From NCBI GenBank assembly GCA_951406725.2, contig OX597823.1:4526001-4590000 (forward strand): a stretch of 64,000 nt of DNA. The letters run 5' to 3'. A program made the translations under genes and the position numbers. Below the pieces are notes generated by a model. It was not told the origin of the DNA and made no database searches. It was given only the letters and a program-made list of their open reading frames with translations. The DNA is from Octopus vulgaris. Taxonomy: Eukaryota. Below are positions 35,641-48,396 of the stretch, in pieces. How positions within the stretch are numbered: the stretch's first letter is position 1; each line of letters opens with the position of its first letter.

Positions 35641-36459
35641 TATGTATATATGTATATATATATATATATCAATTTGATTCGTTCTCAGTTGAAAGACACC
35701 TATTGTTATTTCTTTTTGTTTGTATTTGTAATTGTGTACCATATTCTCTGTTTCTTTTTTGTTTTTGTTGCCATACACATTCGCTAGCTTTCTTACACAG
35801 GGGTCTAATACTCTTAGCTTAGGCTTTTTTGGGGGGCAACCAGATTGGACCATCTGCCTGTCCTGCTGATTGTTATTTCTTTTGTCTGCCTTTGTATCGT
35901 CTATCTGTCCAAATGTTTTTATTGTCCTCTATTATGTTTCTGTTCCATTTATATATATATGTATATCATCATCATCATCGTTTAACGTCCGCTTTCCATG
36001 CTAGCATGGGTTGGACGATTTGACTGAGGTGTGCAAGCATGGCTGTGTATTTAAGCAGTTTACTTTCCAACCACACAATTTCATGTTTAGTCCTCCTGTG
36101 GGGCACCTGGGATGCCCTCTGCTATAGCCCTGGGCCAACCAAATCCTTTTGATGGATTTAATTGATAGAAACTGAAAGAAGCCCATCGTATATATGTATA
36201 TTTGTGGGTTTTATGTCACCTTGTCTGGACATCACATCAGTCATAATCAAACATCCGTGTCATACAAGTTCTGTCCCTCGTTTCCACTATTCTTTGAGAA
36301 TATTTCTGGCCATAGACAGCCATGACCCATGCAAGAACAGAAAAGTGGATGCTAAAGCAATGATGATGATGATGATGATGGTGTATGTATAAAAACAGGA
36401 TTTTCAATGTATGTAAAACACCTGCTCATATTTTAATCTTTTTCTCTTTCTTTTTAAAG

Positions 36460-36542
36460 GAACTTGAGATTGTCATTGGCGATGAGCATATATCATTTAC
36501 AACTTCCAAAATTGGTTCCTTAGTTGATGTTAACCAAAGCAA
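36460..36542 (+). CDS. MAGOH: mago nashi exon 4 ([27 protein letters not shown](K))
   Basis: Pyrimidine tract plus aaag acceptor; GTAGGT donor; 83 bp. Confidence 0.98.
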
Positions 36543-37005
36543 GTAGGTTCGCTTTATTAAAATCCACTTTATGTCTAATCATTTAATAATTATTAGCAGC
36601 TACCAAAGTGTTACTACCAAAAGGTAATCTGCATATCCAAATTGACATAGATGCCCCTGTCAGAACACTGAAAACTGCATTATTATCCTTGAAAGATCCT
36701 TTCTTCTTGGCACTTGGTGCATCCACCAAACACTTAAAATAGAGAATCTCTCAAGGCTGACAATGCAGTATTTGTTTGCTGTTCTGACAGGAGCATCCAC
36801 ATCAAGCTGGAAATAAAGATTAGCTGATCATTTTTATTCTTTAATTTTATTATTGCATACCAATCCTCTTTTGTTCCTTCAGGGTTTGCTCTGGCACCCT
36901 ATCACAACCATCTTCTTTATCTTCATGCCATTTAATGCAAGGTAGCCGTGTATCTCCTCTACTGCACGACACCTGTGCTTGTCCTTCTGTCATATTTTAA
37001 TCTGA

Positions 37006-37190
37006 AGGTGGTGAGCTGGCAGAAACGTTAGCACGTCAGGCGAAAGGCTTAGCGGTATTTCGTCTGCCGTTACGTTCTGAGTTCAAATTCCGCCGAGGTC
37101 GACTTTGCCTTTCATCCTTTCGGGGTCGATAAATTAATTACCAGTTACGCACTGGGGTCAATGTAATCGACTTAATCCCTTTGTCCCTCT
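37006..37190 (+). mobile_element. tRNA-derived SINE with a Nin/Deu-like core in mago intron 4
   Basis: ggtggtgagctggcagaaacgttagcac...gagttcaaattcc (A/B box-like), followed by ctttcatcctttcggggtcgataaa. Confidence 0.8.
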
Positions 37191-37456
37191 GCCATATCTT
37201 AATCCTCAAACACTTGGCTAAAAGCCACCTCAAATTTTGATGGAAGGTTTTTAGTTTAGATCACTTTAAAATAAAAAGTTTGTATCATTGAACCAGGGAT
37301 GGTCTCAGGCATGTTGGTATCGTAAGGGTTAAGTTGCCATCTTCTTTTTACTTATACCAAGACATAAATTAAAAGATTATACAGATAATTGGGACTTGTT
37401 TTATTGAGTAAACATCATTGATTTTTCTGAATTAAATATGTTCTTTTTCTTTTCAG

Positions 37457-37556
37457 GGATCCTGAGGGGCTGCGAATATTTTACTACTTGGTCCAAGATC
37501 TGAAGTGTCTCGTCTTTTCTCTCATTGGACTCCATTTCAAGATTAAACCCATCTAA
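37457..37556 (+). CDS. MAGOH: mago nashi exon 5 ([32 protein letters not shown])
   Basis: tttcag acceptor; TAA at 37554-37556. The spliced CDS is 447 bp = 148 aa plus stop. Confidence 0.98.
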
Positions 37557-37651
37557 CTTCACCGTCTGCACCATTATGGAACCAAACCATTTTTGTCATG
37601 TAAAATAATTTCACTTCTCATTTTCTGAACAGTTTTGCATTAATTTTTAAT

Positions 37652-37657
37652 ATTAAA
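37652..37657 (+). terminator. Candidate mago nashi poly(A) signal (ATTAAA)
   Basis: ATTAAA ~95 bp after the stop, followed by T-rich sequence. Confidence 0.45.
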
Positions 37658-37825
37658 TATTATACATTAGCCAGGAACACACTTCTAATTTCTTTTTTAA
37701 TTATTTGACATGTATGATTGAATTGTTTTGACTTTTATGTATTCTTTTACTGATCAGTCTTTGGACTGTGGCCATGCTGTAGCTTTCAAAGGTTTCTGTC
37801 AGTCATATTAACCTCAATACTTGTT

Positions 37826-39087
37826 TTGTGGCAGATGCTCAGGAGCAATAAACACTGAAAATGCACAGGGACCAACTTCCGCCACATTCCAGGGGGGATA
37901 GCTTCCGTTACCTAGGTGACCAAGTCAGTAGCGGGGGTGGGTGCACTGAAAGTGTAGCTGCTAGAATAAGAATAGCCTGGGCAAAGTTCAGAGAGCACTT
38001 ACCTCTGCTGGCGACAAAGGGCCTCTCGTTCAGAGTAACAGGTAGACTGTATGATGCATGTGTACGAACAGCCATGCTACATGGCAGAGAAACATGGGCC
38101 GTGACTGCTGAGGTCATGCGTAAGCTCACAAGGAATGAAGCCGGTATGATCCGATGGATGTGTAATGTCAGTGTGCATACTCAACAGAGTGTAAGTACCT
38201 TGAGAGAAAAGTTGGACCTAAGAAGCATTAGATGTGGTGTGCAAGAGAGTTGACTGACTGGTCATGTGGCGAGAATGGATGAGGATAGCTGTGTGAAAAA
38301 GTGCCACACCCTTGCAGTTGAGGGAACCTGTGGAAGAGGTAGACCTGGGATGAAGTGGTGAAGCACGACCTTCAATCATTAGGCCTCACCAAGGAAATCA
38401 CTAGTGGCCAAGACCTTTGGAAATATGCTGTGTGTGAGAAGACCCGGCAAGCCAAATGAAACCATAATCTCATGGCCTATGCCAGGGGCGTAACCAGCCC
38501 ACTTATGCGTACCTTTTGGACACTAAAACTCTGCTTGCGAAGACCTGTTGAGGCAAGTGAAATCAAAATCAAATTCAATGACTGGCGTCCGTGCTAGCAG
38601 GGTGCAAAGAGCACCATATGAGTGTGATCATTGACAGAGCAGCTAACCAGCTTCCGTGCCAGTGGCACTTAAAAGGCACCATTGGAGCGTGGTTGTTACC
38701 AGCGTCAGCATCACCTTACTGGCACTTGTGCACATGCTAGTAGGATGCCAAGAGCACCATCCGAGCGCAATCATTGCCAGAGCAGCCAACTGGCTTCCGT
38801 GCCAGTGGCACGTAAAAGGGCACCATTCGAACGTGATCATTACCAATGTCACCTTACTGGCACCTGTGCTGGTGGCATGTGTAAAAAGATTCGAGCGAGG
38901 TCATTGCCAGTACCGCCTGACTGGCACGTAAAAAGCACCCACTACACTCTTGGAGTGGTTGGTGTTAGGAAGGACATCCAGCTGTAGAAGCTCTGCCAGA
39001 TGAAGATTGTATCCTGGTTTTCCGGACCTCAGTCAAAATCGTCCAACCCATGCTAGCATGGAAAGCGGACGTTAAACGATGATGATG
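37826..39087 (+). mobile_element. RTE LINE 3' part with repeat-bearing 3' UTR
   Basis: ORF 37861-38253 reads SFRYLGDQVSSGGGC...AWAKFREHLPLL...ETWAVT; ends gttaaacgatgatgatg. Confidence 0.9.
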
Positions 39088-39879
39088 CAAAGTTATGGAA
39101 TCTAAAGGAATACAACACAATGCAAACGAAACATAAACATAGGTGCAAGCGTGGCTGTATGGTAAGGAATTTACTAGTCAACCACATGGTTCTGGGTTCA
39201 GTCCCACTGCAAGGCACTTTGGGCAAGTGTGTTCTACTGTAGCCTCCAGCTGTCAGTGGATTTGGTAAACTGTTTGGGGTTGGTTTGCTTACATCTCTAT
39301 AACTTAGCAGTTCAGCAAAAAAGGAGTGACAGAATAAGTACCAAGCTTTAAAAAAAAGTCCGGGGATCAATTCATCCAAGTAAGAAATTCTTCAAGGCAT
39401 TGCTCCAGCATGGCTGCAGTCTAATGACTGAAAACATATATAAATGAAGGTACAGACATGACTATGTAGTAAGAAGTTCGCTTCCCAACCACATGGTTCC
39501 ATGTTCAGTCCCACTGTGTGGCACCTTGGGTTCGGTTGACAGAAACTGAAAGAAACCTGTCACGTGAATATATATGTACCTGTCTGTGTGTTTGTATCTT
39601 CTTGATGTCATACGACACTTATAGATGTATGTTCCCTTGCTTGGAAACAAGTGCAGGTTAGTGACAGGAAGGGCATCCAGCCAGAGGAAAATCTGCTTCA
39701 GCAGAGTGTTGGACCCAAGCAAGCAGGATCAAGTGGAATTGAAACCAGTGTGTGTATAATTGGCTAATTGTGTAGAGTACAACTTGGTAAAAAAATTGGG
39801 AAAGAAAGCAGCAGTAAGCGAATTAAAGAAAGAGAGCAAGGAAGACTGGAAGTTTGTGTTTAACACAGGGAATTAAAGA

Positions 39880-40215
39880 TAAAAAAGTGAACGGGGAAAA
39901 AGCCATAAAAAGGGAAAGGTGCATGGGCACATTAGGAACCGTACTGGTGAATTTCAGGAAGTATGGAATTTCTGAAGAATGTCCCAACAGCTAATAATCG
40001 ATGGGGGTAGTGTTTTCCATGCTGAAGAATCCTGAGTGTGAAAACACATTTCCAGAAGCCACGTGTGTTGCACTGTTCTTTAATTTTAGAAGCTTGTCCA
40101 TAAATGGTGGAAGCACTGAATTCAAAAAGGTGGTCAAAGTTGTTTTTGGAAAGTGAGTGGATAATCTTGTGGTCTTCTATCAAGTCAGCTGCTTGATGTC
40201 AAAACTTTAGTGTGT
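39880..40215 (-). mobile_element. Old CR1-type LINE 3' end fragment
   Basis: Minus-strand ...AADLIEDHKII...HLFEF...GQASKIKEQ...FTLRI and WKTLPPSIISC resemble LINE ORF2 C-termini. Confidence 0.55.
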
Positions 40216-40216
40216 C

Positions 40217-40451
40217 AATCATCATCATCATCATCGTTTAACGTCTGTTTTCCATGCTAGCATGGGTTGGACGGTTTGACTGAGGTCTGGAAAGCCAGAA
40301 GGCTGCACCAGGCCCCAATCTGATCTAGCAGAGTTTCTACAGCTTGATGCCCTTCCTAATGCCAACCACTCCGAGAGTGTAGTGGGTGCTTTTTATGTGC
40401 CACGGGCACAGGAGCCAGTCAGACAAGCGTAGCATTGATCACGTTCAGGTA
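40217..40451 (-). mobile_element. RTE LINE 3' terminus leading directly into the satellite
   Basis: (CAT)n tail at ~40217 and the conserved terminus, then one ancestral 66-bp unit (40386-40451). Confidence 0.9.
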
Positions 40452-43400
40452 GTGCTTTTTATGTGCCGCCAGCATGGGTACTGTCATCGGCCACATTCAG
40501 ATGGTGCTTTTTATGTGCCGCCAGCATGGGTACTGTCATCGGCCACATTCAGATGGTGCTTTTTATGTGCCGCCAGCATGGGTACTGTCATCGGCCACAT
40601 TCAGATGGTGCTTTTTATGTGCTGCCAGCATGGGTACTGTCATCGGCCACATTCGGATGGTGCTTTTTATGTGCCGCCAGCATGGGTACTGTCATCGGCC
40701 ACAACTCTCAGATGGTGCTTTTTATGTGCCGCCAGCATGGGTACTGTCATCGGCCACATTCGGATGGTGCTTTTTATGTGCCGCCAGCATGGGTACTGTC
40801 ATCGGCCACATTCAGATGGTGCTTTTTATGTGCCGCCAGCATGGGTACTGTCATCGGCCACATTCAGATGGTGCTTTTTATGTGCCGCCAGCATGGGTAC
40901 TGTCATCGGCCACATTCAGATGGTGCTTTTTATGTGCCGCCAGCATGGGTACTGTCATCGGCCACATTCAGATGGTGCTTTTATGTGCCGCCAGCATGGG
41001 TACTGTCATCGGCCACATTCAGATGGTGCTTTTTATGTGCCGCCAGCATGGGTACTGTCATCGGCCACATTCAGATGGTGCTTTTTATGTGCCGCCAGCA
41101 TGGGTACTGTCATCGGCCACAATCAGATGGTGCTTTTTATGTGCCGCCAGCATGGGTACTGTCATCGGCCACATTCAGATGGTGCTTTTTATGTGCCGCC
41201 AGCATGGGTACTGTCATCGGCCACATTCAGATGGTGCTTTTTATGTGCCGCCAGCATGGGTACTGTCATCGGCCACAATTCAGATGGTGCTTTTTATGTG
41301 CCGCCAGCATGGGTACTGTCATCGGCCACATTCAGATGGTGCTTTTTATGTGCCGCCAGCATGGGTACTGTCATCGGCCACATTCAGATGGTGCTTTTTA
41401 TGTGCCGCCAGCATGGGTACTGTCATCGGCCACAATCAGATGGTGCTTTTTATGTGCCGCCAGCATGGGTACTGTCATCGGCCACATTCAGATGGTGCTT
41501 TTTATGTGCCGCCAGCATGGGTACTGTCATCGGCCACATTCAGATGGTGCTTTTTATGTGCCGCCAGCATGGGTACTGTCATCGGCCACATTCAGATGGT
41601 GCTTTTTATGTGCCGCCAGCATGGGTACTGTCATCGGCCACAATCAGATGGTGCTTTTTATGTGCCGCCAGCATGGGTACTGTCATCGGCCACAATCAGA
41701 TGGTGCTTTTTATGTGCCGCCAGCATGGGTACTGTCATCGGCCACATTCAGATGGTGCTTTTTATGTGCCGCCAGCATGGGTACTGTCATCGGCCACATT
41801 CAGATGGTGCTTTTTATGTGCCGCCAGCATGGGTACTGTCATCGGCCACATTCAGATGGTGCTTTTTGTGCCGCCAGCATGGGTACTGTCATCGGCCACA
41901 ATCAGATGGTGCTTTTTATGTGCCGCCAGCATGGGTACTGTCATCGGCCACATTCAGATGGTGCTTTTTATGTGCCGCCAGCATGGGTACTGTCATCGGC
42001 CACAATTCAGATGGTGCTTTTTATGTGCCGCCAGCATGGGTACTGTCATCGGCCACAATTCAGATGGTGCTTTTTATGTGCCGCCAGCATGGGTACTGTC
42101 ATCGGCCACATTCAGATGGTGCTTTTTATGTGCCGCCAGCATGGGTACTGTCATCGGCCACATTCAGATGGTGCTTTTTATGTGCCGCCAGCATGGGTAC
42201 TGTCATCGGCCACATTCAGATGGTGCTTTTTATGTGCCGCCAGCATGGGTACTGTCATCGGCCACATTCGGATGGTGCTTTTTATGTGCCGCCAGCATGG
42301 GTACTGTCATCGGCCACATTCAGATGGTGCTTTTTACGTGCCGCCAGCATGGGTACTGTCATCGGCCACATTCAGATGGTGCTTTTTACGTGCCGCCAGC
42401 ATGGGTACTGTCATCGGCCACATTCAGATGGTGCTTTTTATGTGCCGCCAGCATGGGTACTGTCATCGGCCACATTCAGATGGTGCTTTTTATGTGCCGC
42501 CAGCATGGGTACTGTCATCGGCCACATTCAGATGGTGCTTTTTATGTGCCGCCAGCATGGGTACTGTCATCGGCCACATTCAGATGGTGCTTTTTATGTG
42601 CCGCCAGCATGGGTACTGTCATCGGCCACATTCAGATGGTGCTTTTTATGTGCCGCCAGCATGGGTACTGTCATCGGCCACATTCAGATGGTGCTTTTTA
42701 TGTGCCGCCAGCATGGGTACTGTCATCGGCCACATTCAGATGGTGCTTTTTATGTGCCGCCAGCATGGGTACTGTCATCGGCCACATTCAGATGGTGCTT
42801 TTTATGTGCCGCCAGCATGGGTACTGTCATCGGCCACATTCAGATGGTGCTTTTTATGTGCCGCCAGCATGGGTACTGTCATCGGCCACATTCAGATGGT
42901 GCTTTTTATGTGCCGCCAGCATGGGTACTGTCATCGGCCACATTCAGATGGTGCTTTTTATGTGCCGCCAGCATGGGTACTGTCATCGGCCACATTCAGA
43001 TGGTGCTTTTTATGTGCCGCCAGCATGGGTACTGTAATCGGCCACATTCAGATGGTGCTTTTTATGTGCCGCCAGCATGGGTACTGTCATCGGCCACATT
43101 CAGATGGTGCTTTTTATGTGCCGCCAGCATGGGTACTGTCATCGGCCACATTCAGATGGTGCTTTTTATGTGCCGCCAGCATGGGTACTGTCATCGGCCA
43201 CATTCAGATGGTGCTTTTTATGTGCCGCCAGCATGGGTACTGTCATCGGCCACATTCAGATGGTGCTTTTTATGTGCCGCCAGCATGGGTACTGTAATCG
43301 GCCACATTCAGATGGTGCTTTTTATGTGCCGCCATCATGGGTACTGTCATCGGCCACAATCAGATGGTGCTTTTTATGTGCCGCCAGCATGGGTACTGTC

Positions 43401-46400
43401 ATCGGCCACAATCAGATGGTGCTTTTTATGTGCCGCCAGCATGGGTACTGTCATCGGCCACAATCAGATGGTGCTTTTTATGTGCCGCCATCATGGGTAC
43501 TGTCATCGGCCACATTCAGATGGTGCTTTTTATGTGCCGCCAGCATGGGTACTGTCATCGGCCACATTCAGATGGTGCTTTTTATGTGCCGCCAGCATGG
43601 GTACTGTCATCGGCCACATTCAGATGGTGCTTTTTATGTGCCGCCAGCATGGGTACTGTCATCGGCCACATTCAGATGGTGCTTTTTATGTGCCGCCAGC
43701 ATGGGTACTGTCATCGGCCACATTCAGATGGTGCTTTTTATGTGCCGCCATCATGGGTACTGTCATCGGCCACATTCAGATGGTGCTTTTTATGTGCCGC
43801 CAGCATGGGTACTGTCATCGGCCACAATCAGATGGTGCTTTTTATGTGCCGCCAGCATGGGTACTGTCATCGGCCACAATCAGATGGTGCTTTTTATGTG
43901 CCGCCATCATGGGTACTGTCATCGGCCACATTCAGATGGTGCTTTTTATGTGCCGCCAGCATGGGTACTGTCATTGGCCACAATCAGATGGTGCTTTTTA
44001 TGTGCAGCCAGCATGGGTACTGTCATCGGCCACAATCAGATGGTGCTTTTTATGTGCCGCCAGCATGGGTACTGTCATCGGCCACAATCAGATGGTGCTT
44101 TTTATGTGCCGCCAGCATGGGTACTGTCATCGGCCACATTCAGATGGTGCTTTTTATGTGCCGCCAGCATGGGTACTGTCATCGGCCACATTCAGATGGT
44201 GCTTTTTATGTGCCGCCAGCATGGGTACTGTCATCGGCCACATTCAGATGGTGCTTTTTATGCGCCGCCAGCATGGGTACTGTCATCGGCCACATTCAGA
44301 TGGTGCTTTTTATGTGCCGCCAGCATGGGTACTGTCATCGGCCACATTCAGATGGTGCTTTTTATGTGCCGCCAGCATGGGTACTGTCATCGGCCACATT
44401 CAGATGGTGCTTTTTATGTGCCGCCAGCATGGGTACTGTCATCGGCCACATTCAGATGGTGCTTTTTATGTGCCGCCAGCATGGGTACTGTCATCGGCCA
44501 CATTCAGATGGTGCTTTTTATGTGCCGCCAGCATGGGTACTGTCATCGGCCACATTCAGATGGTGCTTTTTATGTGCCGCCAGCATGGGTACTGTCATCG
44601 GCCACATTCAGATGGTGCTTTTTATGTGCCGCCAGCATGGGTACTGTCATCGGCCACATTCAGATGGTGCTTTTTATGTGCCGCCAGCATGGGTACTGTC
44701 ATCGGCCACATTCAGATGGTGCTTTTTATGTGCCGCCAGCATGGGTACTGTCATCGGCCACATTCAGATGGTGCTTTTTATGTGCCGCCAGCATGGGTAC
44801 TGTAATCGGCCACATTCAGATGGTGCTTTTTATGTGCCGCCAGCATGGGTACTGTCATCGGCCACATTCAGATGGTGCTTTTTATGTGCCGCCAGCATGG
44901 GTACTGTCATCGGCCACATTCAGATGGTGCTTTTTATGTGCCGCCAGCATGGGTACTGTCATCGGCCACATTCAGATGGTGCTTTTTATGTGCCGCCAGC
45001 ATGGGTACTGTCATCGGCCACATTCAGATGGTGCTTTTTATGTGCCGCCAGCATGGGTACTGTCATCGGCCACATTCAGATGGTGCTTTTTATGTGCCGC
45101 CAGCATGGGTACTGTCATCGGCCACATTCAGATGGTGCTTTTTATGTGCCGCCAGCATGGGTACTGTCATCGGCCACATTCAGATGGTGCTTTTTATGTG
45201 CCGCCAGCATGGGTACTGTCATCGGCCACATTCAGATGGTGCTTTTTATGTGCCGCCAGCATGGGTACTGTCATCGGCCACATTCGGATGGTGCTTTTTA
45301 TGTGCCGCCAGCATGGGTACTGTAATCGGCCACATTCGGATGGTGCTTTTTATGTGCCGCCAGCATGGGTACTGTCATCGGCCACATTCGGATGGTGCTT
45401 TTTATGTGCCGCCAGCATGGGTACTGTCATCGGCCACATTCAGATGGTGCTTTTTATGTGCCGCCAGCATGGGTACTGTCATCGGCCACATTCAGATGGT
45501 GCTTTTATGTGCCGCCAGCATGGGTACTGTCATCGGCCACATTCAGATGGTGCTTTTTATGTGCCGCCAGCATGGGTACTGTCATCGGCCACATTCAGAT
45601 GGTGCTTTTTATGTGCCGCCAGCATGGGTACTGTCATCGGCCACATTCAGATGGTGCTTTTTATGTGCCGCCAGCATGGGTACTGTCATCGGCCACATTC
45701 AGATGGTGCTTTTTATGTGCCGCCAGCATGGGTACTGTCATCGGCCACATTCAGATGGTGCTTTTTATGTGCCGCCAGCATGGGTACTGTAATCGGCCAC
45801 ATTCGGATGGTGCTTTTTATGTGCCGCCAGCATGGGTACTGTCATCGGCCACATTCGGATGGTGCTTTTTATGTGCCGCCAGCATGGGTACTGTCATCGG
45901 CCACATTCGGATGGTGCTTTTTATGTGCCGCCAGCATGGGTACTGTCATCGGCCACATTCGGATGGTGCTTTTTATGTGCCGCCAGCATGGGTACTGTCA
46001 TCGGCCACATTCAGATGGTGCTTTTTATGTGCCGCCAGCATGGGTACTGTCATCGGCCACAATCAGATGGTGCTTTTTATGTGCCGCCAGCATGGGTACT
46101 GTCATCGGCCACAATCAGATGGTGCTTTTTATGTGCCGCCAGCATGGGTACTGTCATCGGCCACATTCAGATGGTGCTTTTTATGTGCCGCCAGCATGGG
46201 TACTGTCATCGGCCACATTCAGATGGTGCTTTTTATGTACCGCCAGCATGGGTACTGTCATCGGCCACATTCAGATGGTGCTTTTTATGTGCCGCCAGCA
46301 TGGGTACTGTCATCGGCCACAATCAGATGGTGCTTTTTATGTGCCGCCAGCATGGGTACTGTCATCGGCCACAATCAGATGGTGCTTTTTATGTGCCGCC

Positions 46401-46454
46401 AGCATGGGTACTGTCATCGGCCACATTCAGATGGTGCTTTTTATGTGCCGCCAG
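40452..46454. repeat. Tandem satellite/minisatellite, 52-bp unit, ~115 near-identical copies
   Basis: Unit GTGCTTTTTATGTGCCGCCAGCATGGGTACTGTCATCGGCCACATTCAGATG; period 52 (40501->40553); span ~6.0 kb. Confidence 0.99.
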
Positions 46455-48183
46455 TCTTCAACTAAACTCTTAAATGTTTTTCAACTAAGGATTGTTTTAT
46501 TTTGCATCAGCCTTGAAAAGCACGAAGCCAACGAATGATTTGTTGACAGGGAAAATGACATCACTGCTTGTGGCTCCAGATTTTTGAAGAAGCCAAATGA
46601 AAACAAGTCACACAAACATGTTATGTTCATACACAACAGACTTCTCAGTTTCTGACTACCAAATCTATTCCCAGGGCTTTGGTCAACCTGGGACAGTAGT
46701 AGAAGACAATGGTGCCATGGGACTGAACTTGAAACTACATGGTTGTGAAGCGAACCTCTTCACTGAACAACCAAACCTGGGTGCCTAAGATGGAGAAGCA
46801 CTTTGCTCGTAGACACAACGGTTTTGTTTGTTTGATCAAGCTCTTTAATTCCATGGTTGAGCTTACTTAAAGCGAACCTAGGATGATGAGATAACTCAGT
46901 AATGTAACGAGTGTTTCATTACCTTAATGAGCTCAATTCAAATCACTCCTAATGAATGGGAGAGATTTGTTTTCCTTAGAAGTTCGGTATTGAAACAGAA
47001 ACCTGCCCCATGACAATTTGTATCAAGGCTTTGTGTGTCACACGGAACTCATGGAACCAGCATCCTCGTAATTTTAGGAGTTCACTTTTCCATGCTTGCT
47101 TGGGGCAGACAGAGTTTATTAAAGTAAGTTCCTTACGGCCGGATATCATTCCTGTTGCAGATCCCTCATCTGTTTCTCCAAGCAAGGTCATATTTCCAAA
47201 TGGCCAGACATATTTTTGCAGAATGTTGAAAATGAACGACACTGTTTGTGTAACAGTGACACTCGTTTACAACTATCAGGCAATGTTAAGACACAGGGCC
47301 AGGCTTCTTTCAGATTCTGTCTACCAAATCTGCTCATAAGGCTTTGATCAGCCGGGGCTACAGTAGAAGGCACTTGCCTATAGGACTGAACTGAAAAAAG
47401 CATGTAGTTGGGAAGCCAAATCCTTCACCAAACAGCTCTGCCTGTAAATGGAGAGAGACAGAAGCACAAACGAAACATGAATAATCGTGAAAGTGTTGAA
47501 GGATTTTCTTTTGTAATGTCTGAAAAGAAAACAGGTTAAAATATTCAACACAGAAAGGCAAAACAAAAAACAAACAATAACAATGTAAAAGTAAGTTTGT
47601 CCATAAGAATTTATTTCAATATAAGACCAGTTGGTGAGATTTAATTAGATTACTGATAGTTTTGTACGATTCTTAGAGAAATTCTAAAAGAAATCTCTTA
47701 GGAAACAAAGTTTGTAAATAACAAAGGGACATGGTAGGGGCAGCTGGAAAGTGACCCAGAGCCATCATCATCACCACAATCAATCATAATCATTTGTGTT
47801 TTATGTACATAGGGTTGGTGCTGGCATTAGAAAACAACTGCCGAGCCGAACGTTAGCAACAACAGAAGCGCAATTAGCAGCAGATAACGAGAATCAAATA
47901 GAAAATTGTGTTGAAGTGTTTTGAGGTGAGCAAAGCTGGTTGGTGAACAATGAAATCTGTTTTATTCCAATTAACACAAAGAAATATAGCAAATATTTCC
48001 AATATAAAGGGACAGGATACAGCAGACAATTTATATTCTACATGGCATTTAATTAATATACTATTCTCTTGCTGTTTATAATATAAACTTTAAAACTGGG
48101 GTTGGCAAAGTAGTTGATATTGGCCCCCAGGTGTGTATGCGGCTATCCATGGGGTCGATAAACACCTGAAATGATTTTGAGAA

Positions 48184-48396
48184 TCAACCCTTTAGCTTTC
48201 AGATTATTTTGTCAAATGTAATGTTTATTTATTCACACTGTTTTGAATTAATCCTGCATTATCTTGTCGCTTTGAGATTTCAATGATGTGATTGTTGTTA
48301 GAATGACATTGCAAGTAGGTGTGAGAGGCCAGATCTGGTCAGTTTGAACATAAAATGGGTAAAATATTTGGACCAAATTAAAAGCTAAAGGATTAA
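48184..48396. mobile_element. piggyBac-type MITE (CCC...GG/TTAA-like ends); related copy at ~6745-6905
   Basis: tcaaccctttagc...gctaaaggattaa ends; the body is shared with the 6.75-kb copy. Confidence 0.6.

Noticed and set aside
40452-46454. CRISPR-like array
   Set aside because: Units are contiguous with no unique spacers, there are no cas genes, and the context is eukaryotic.
40386-46538. Very long Cys/His-rich ORFs (up to 1443 aa) in all three plus frames
   Set aside because: The 52-bp unit has no plus-strand stop and is not a multiple of 3, so translation cycles through all frames and gives the same 52-aa repeat. The unit derives from a non-coding LINE UTR read antisense, and indels and TAA variants occur freely.
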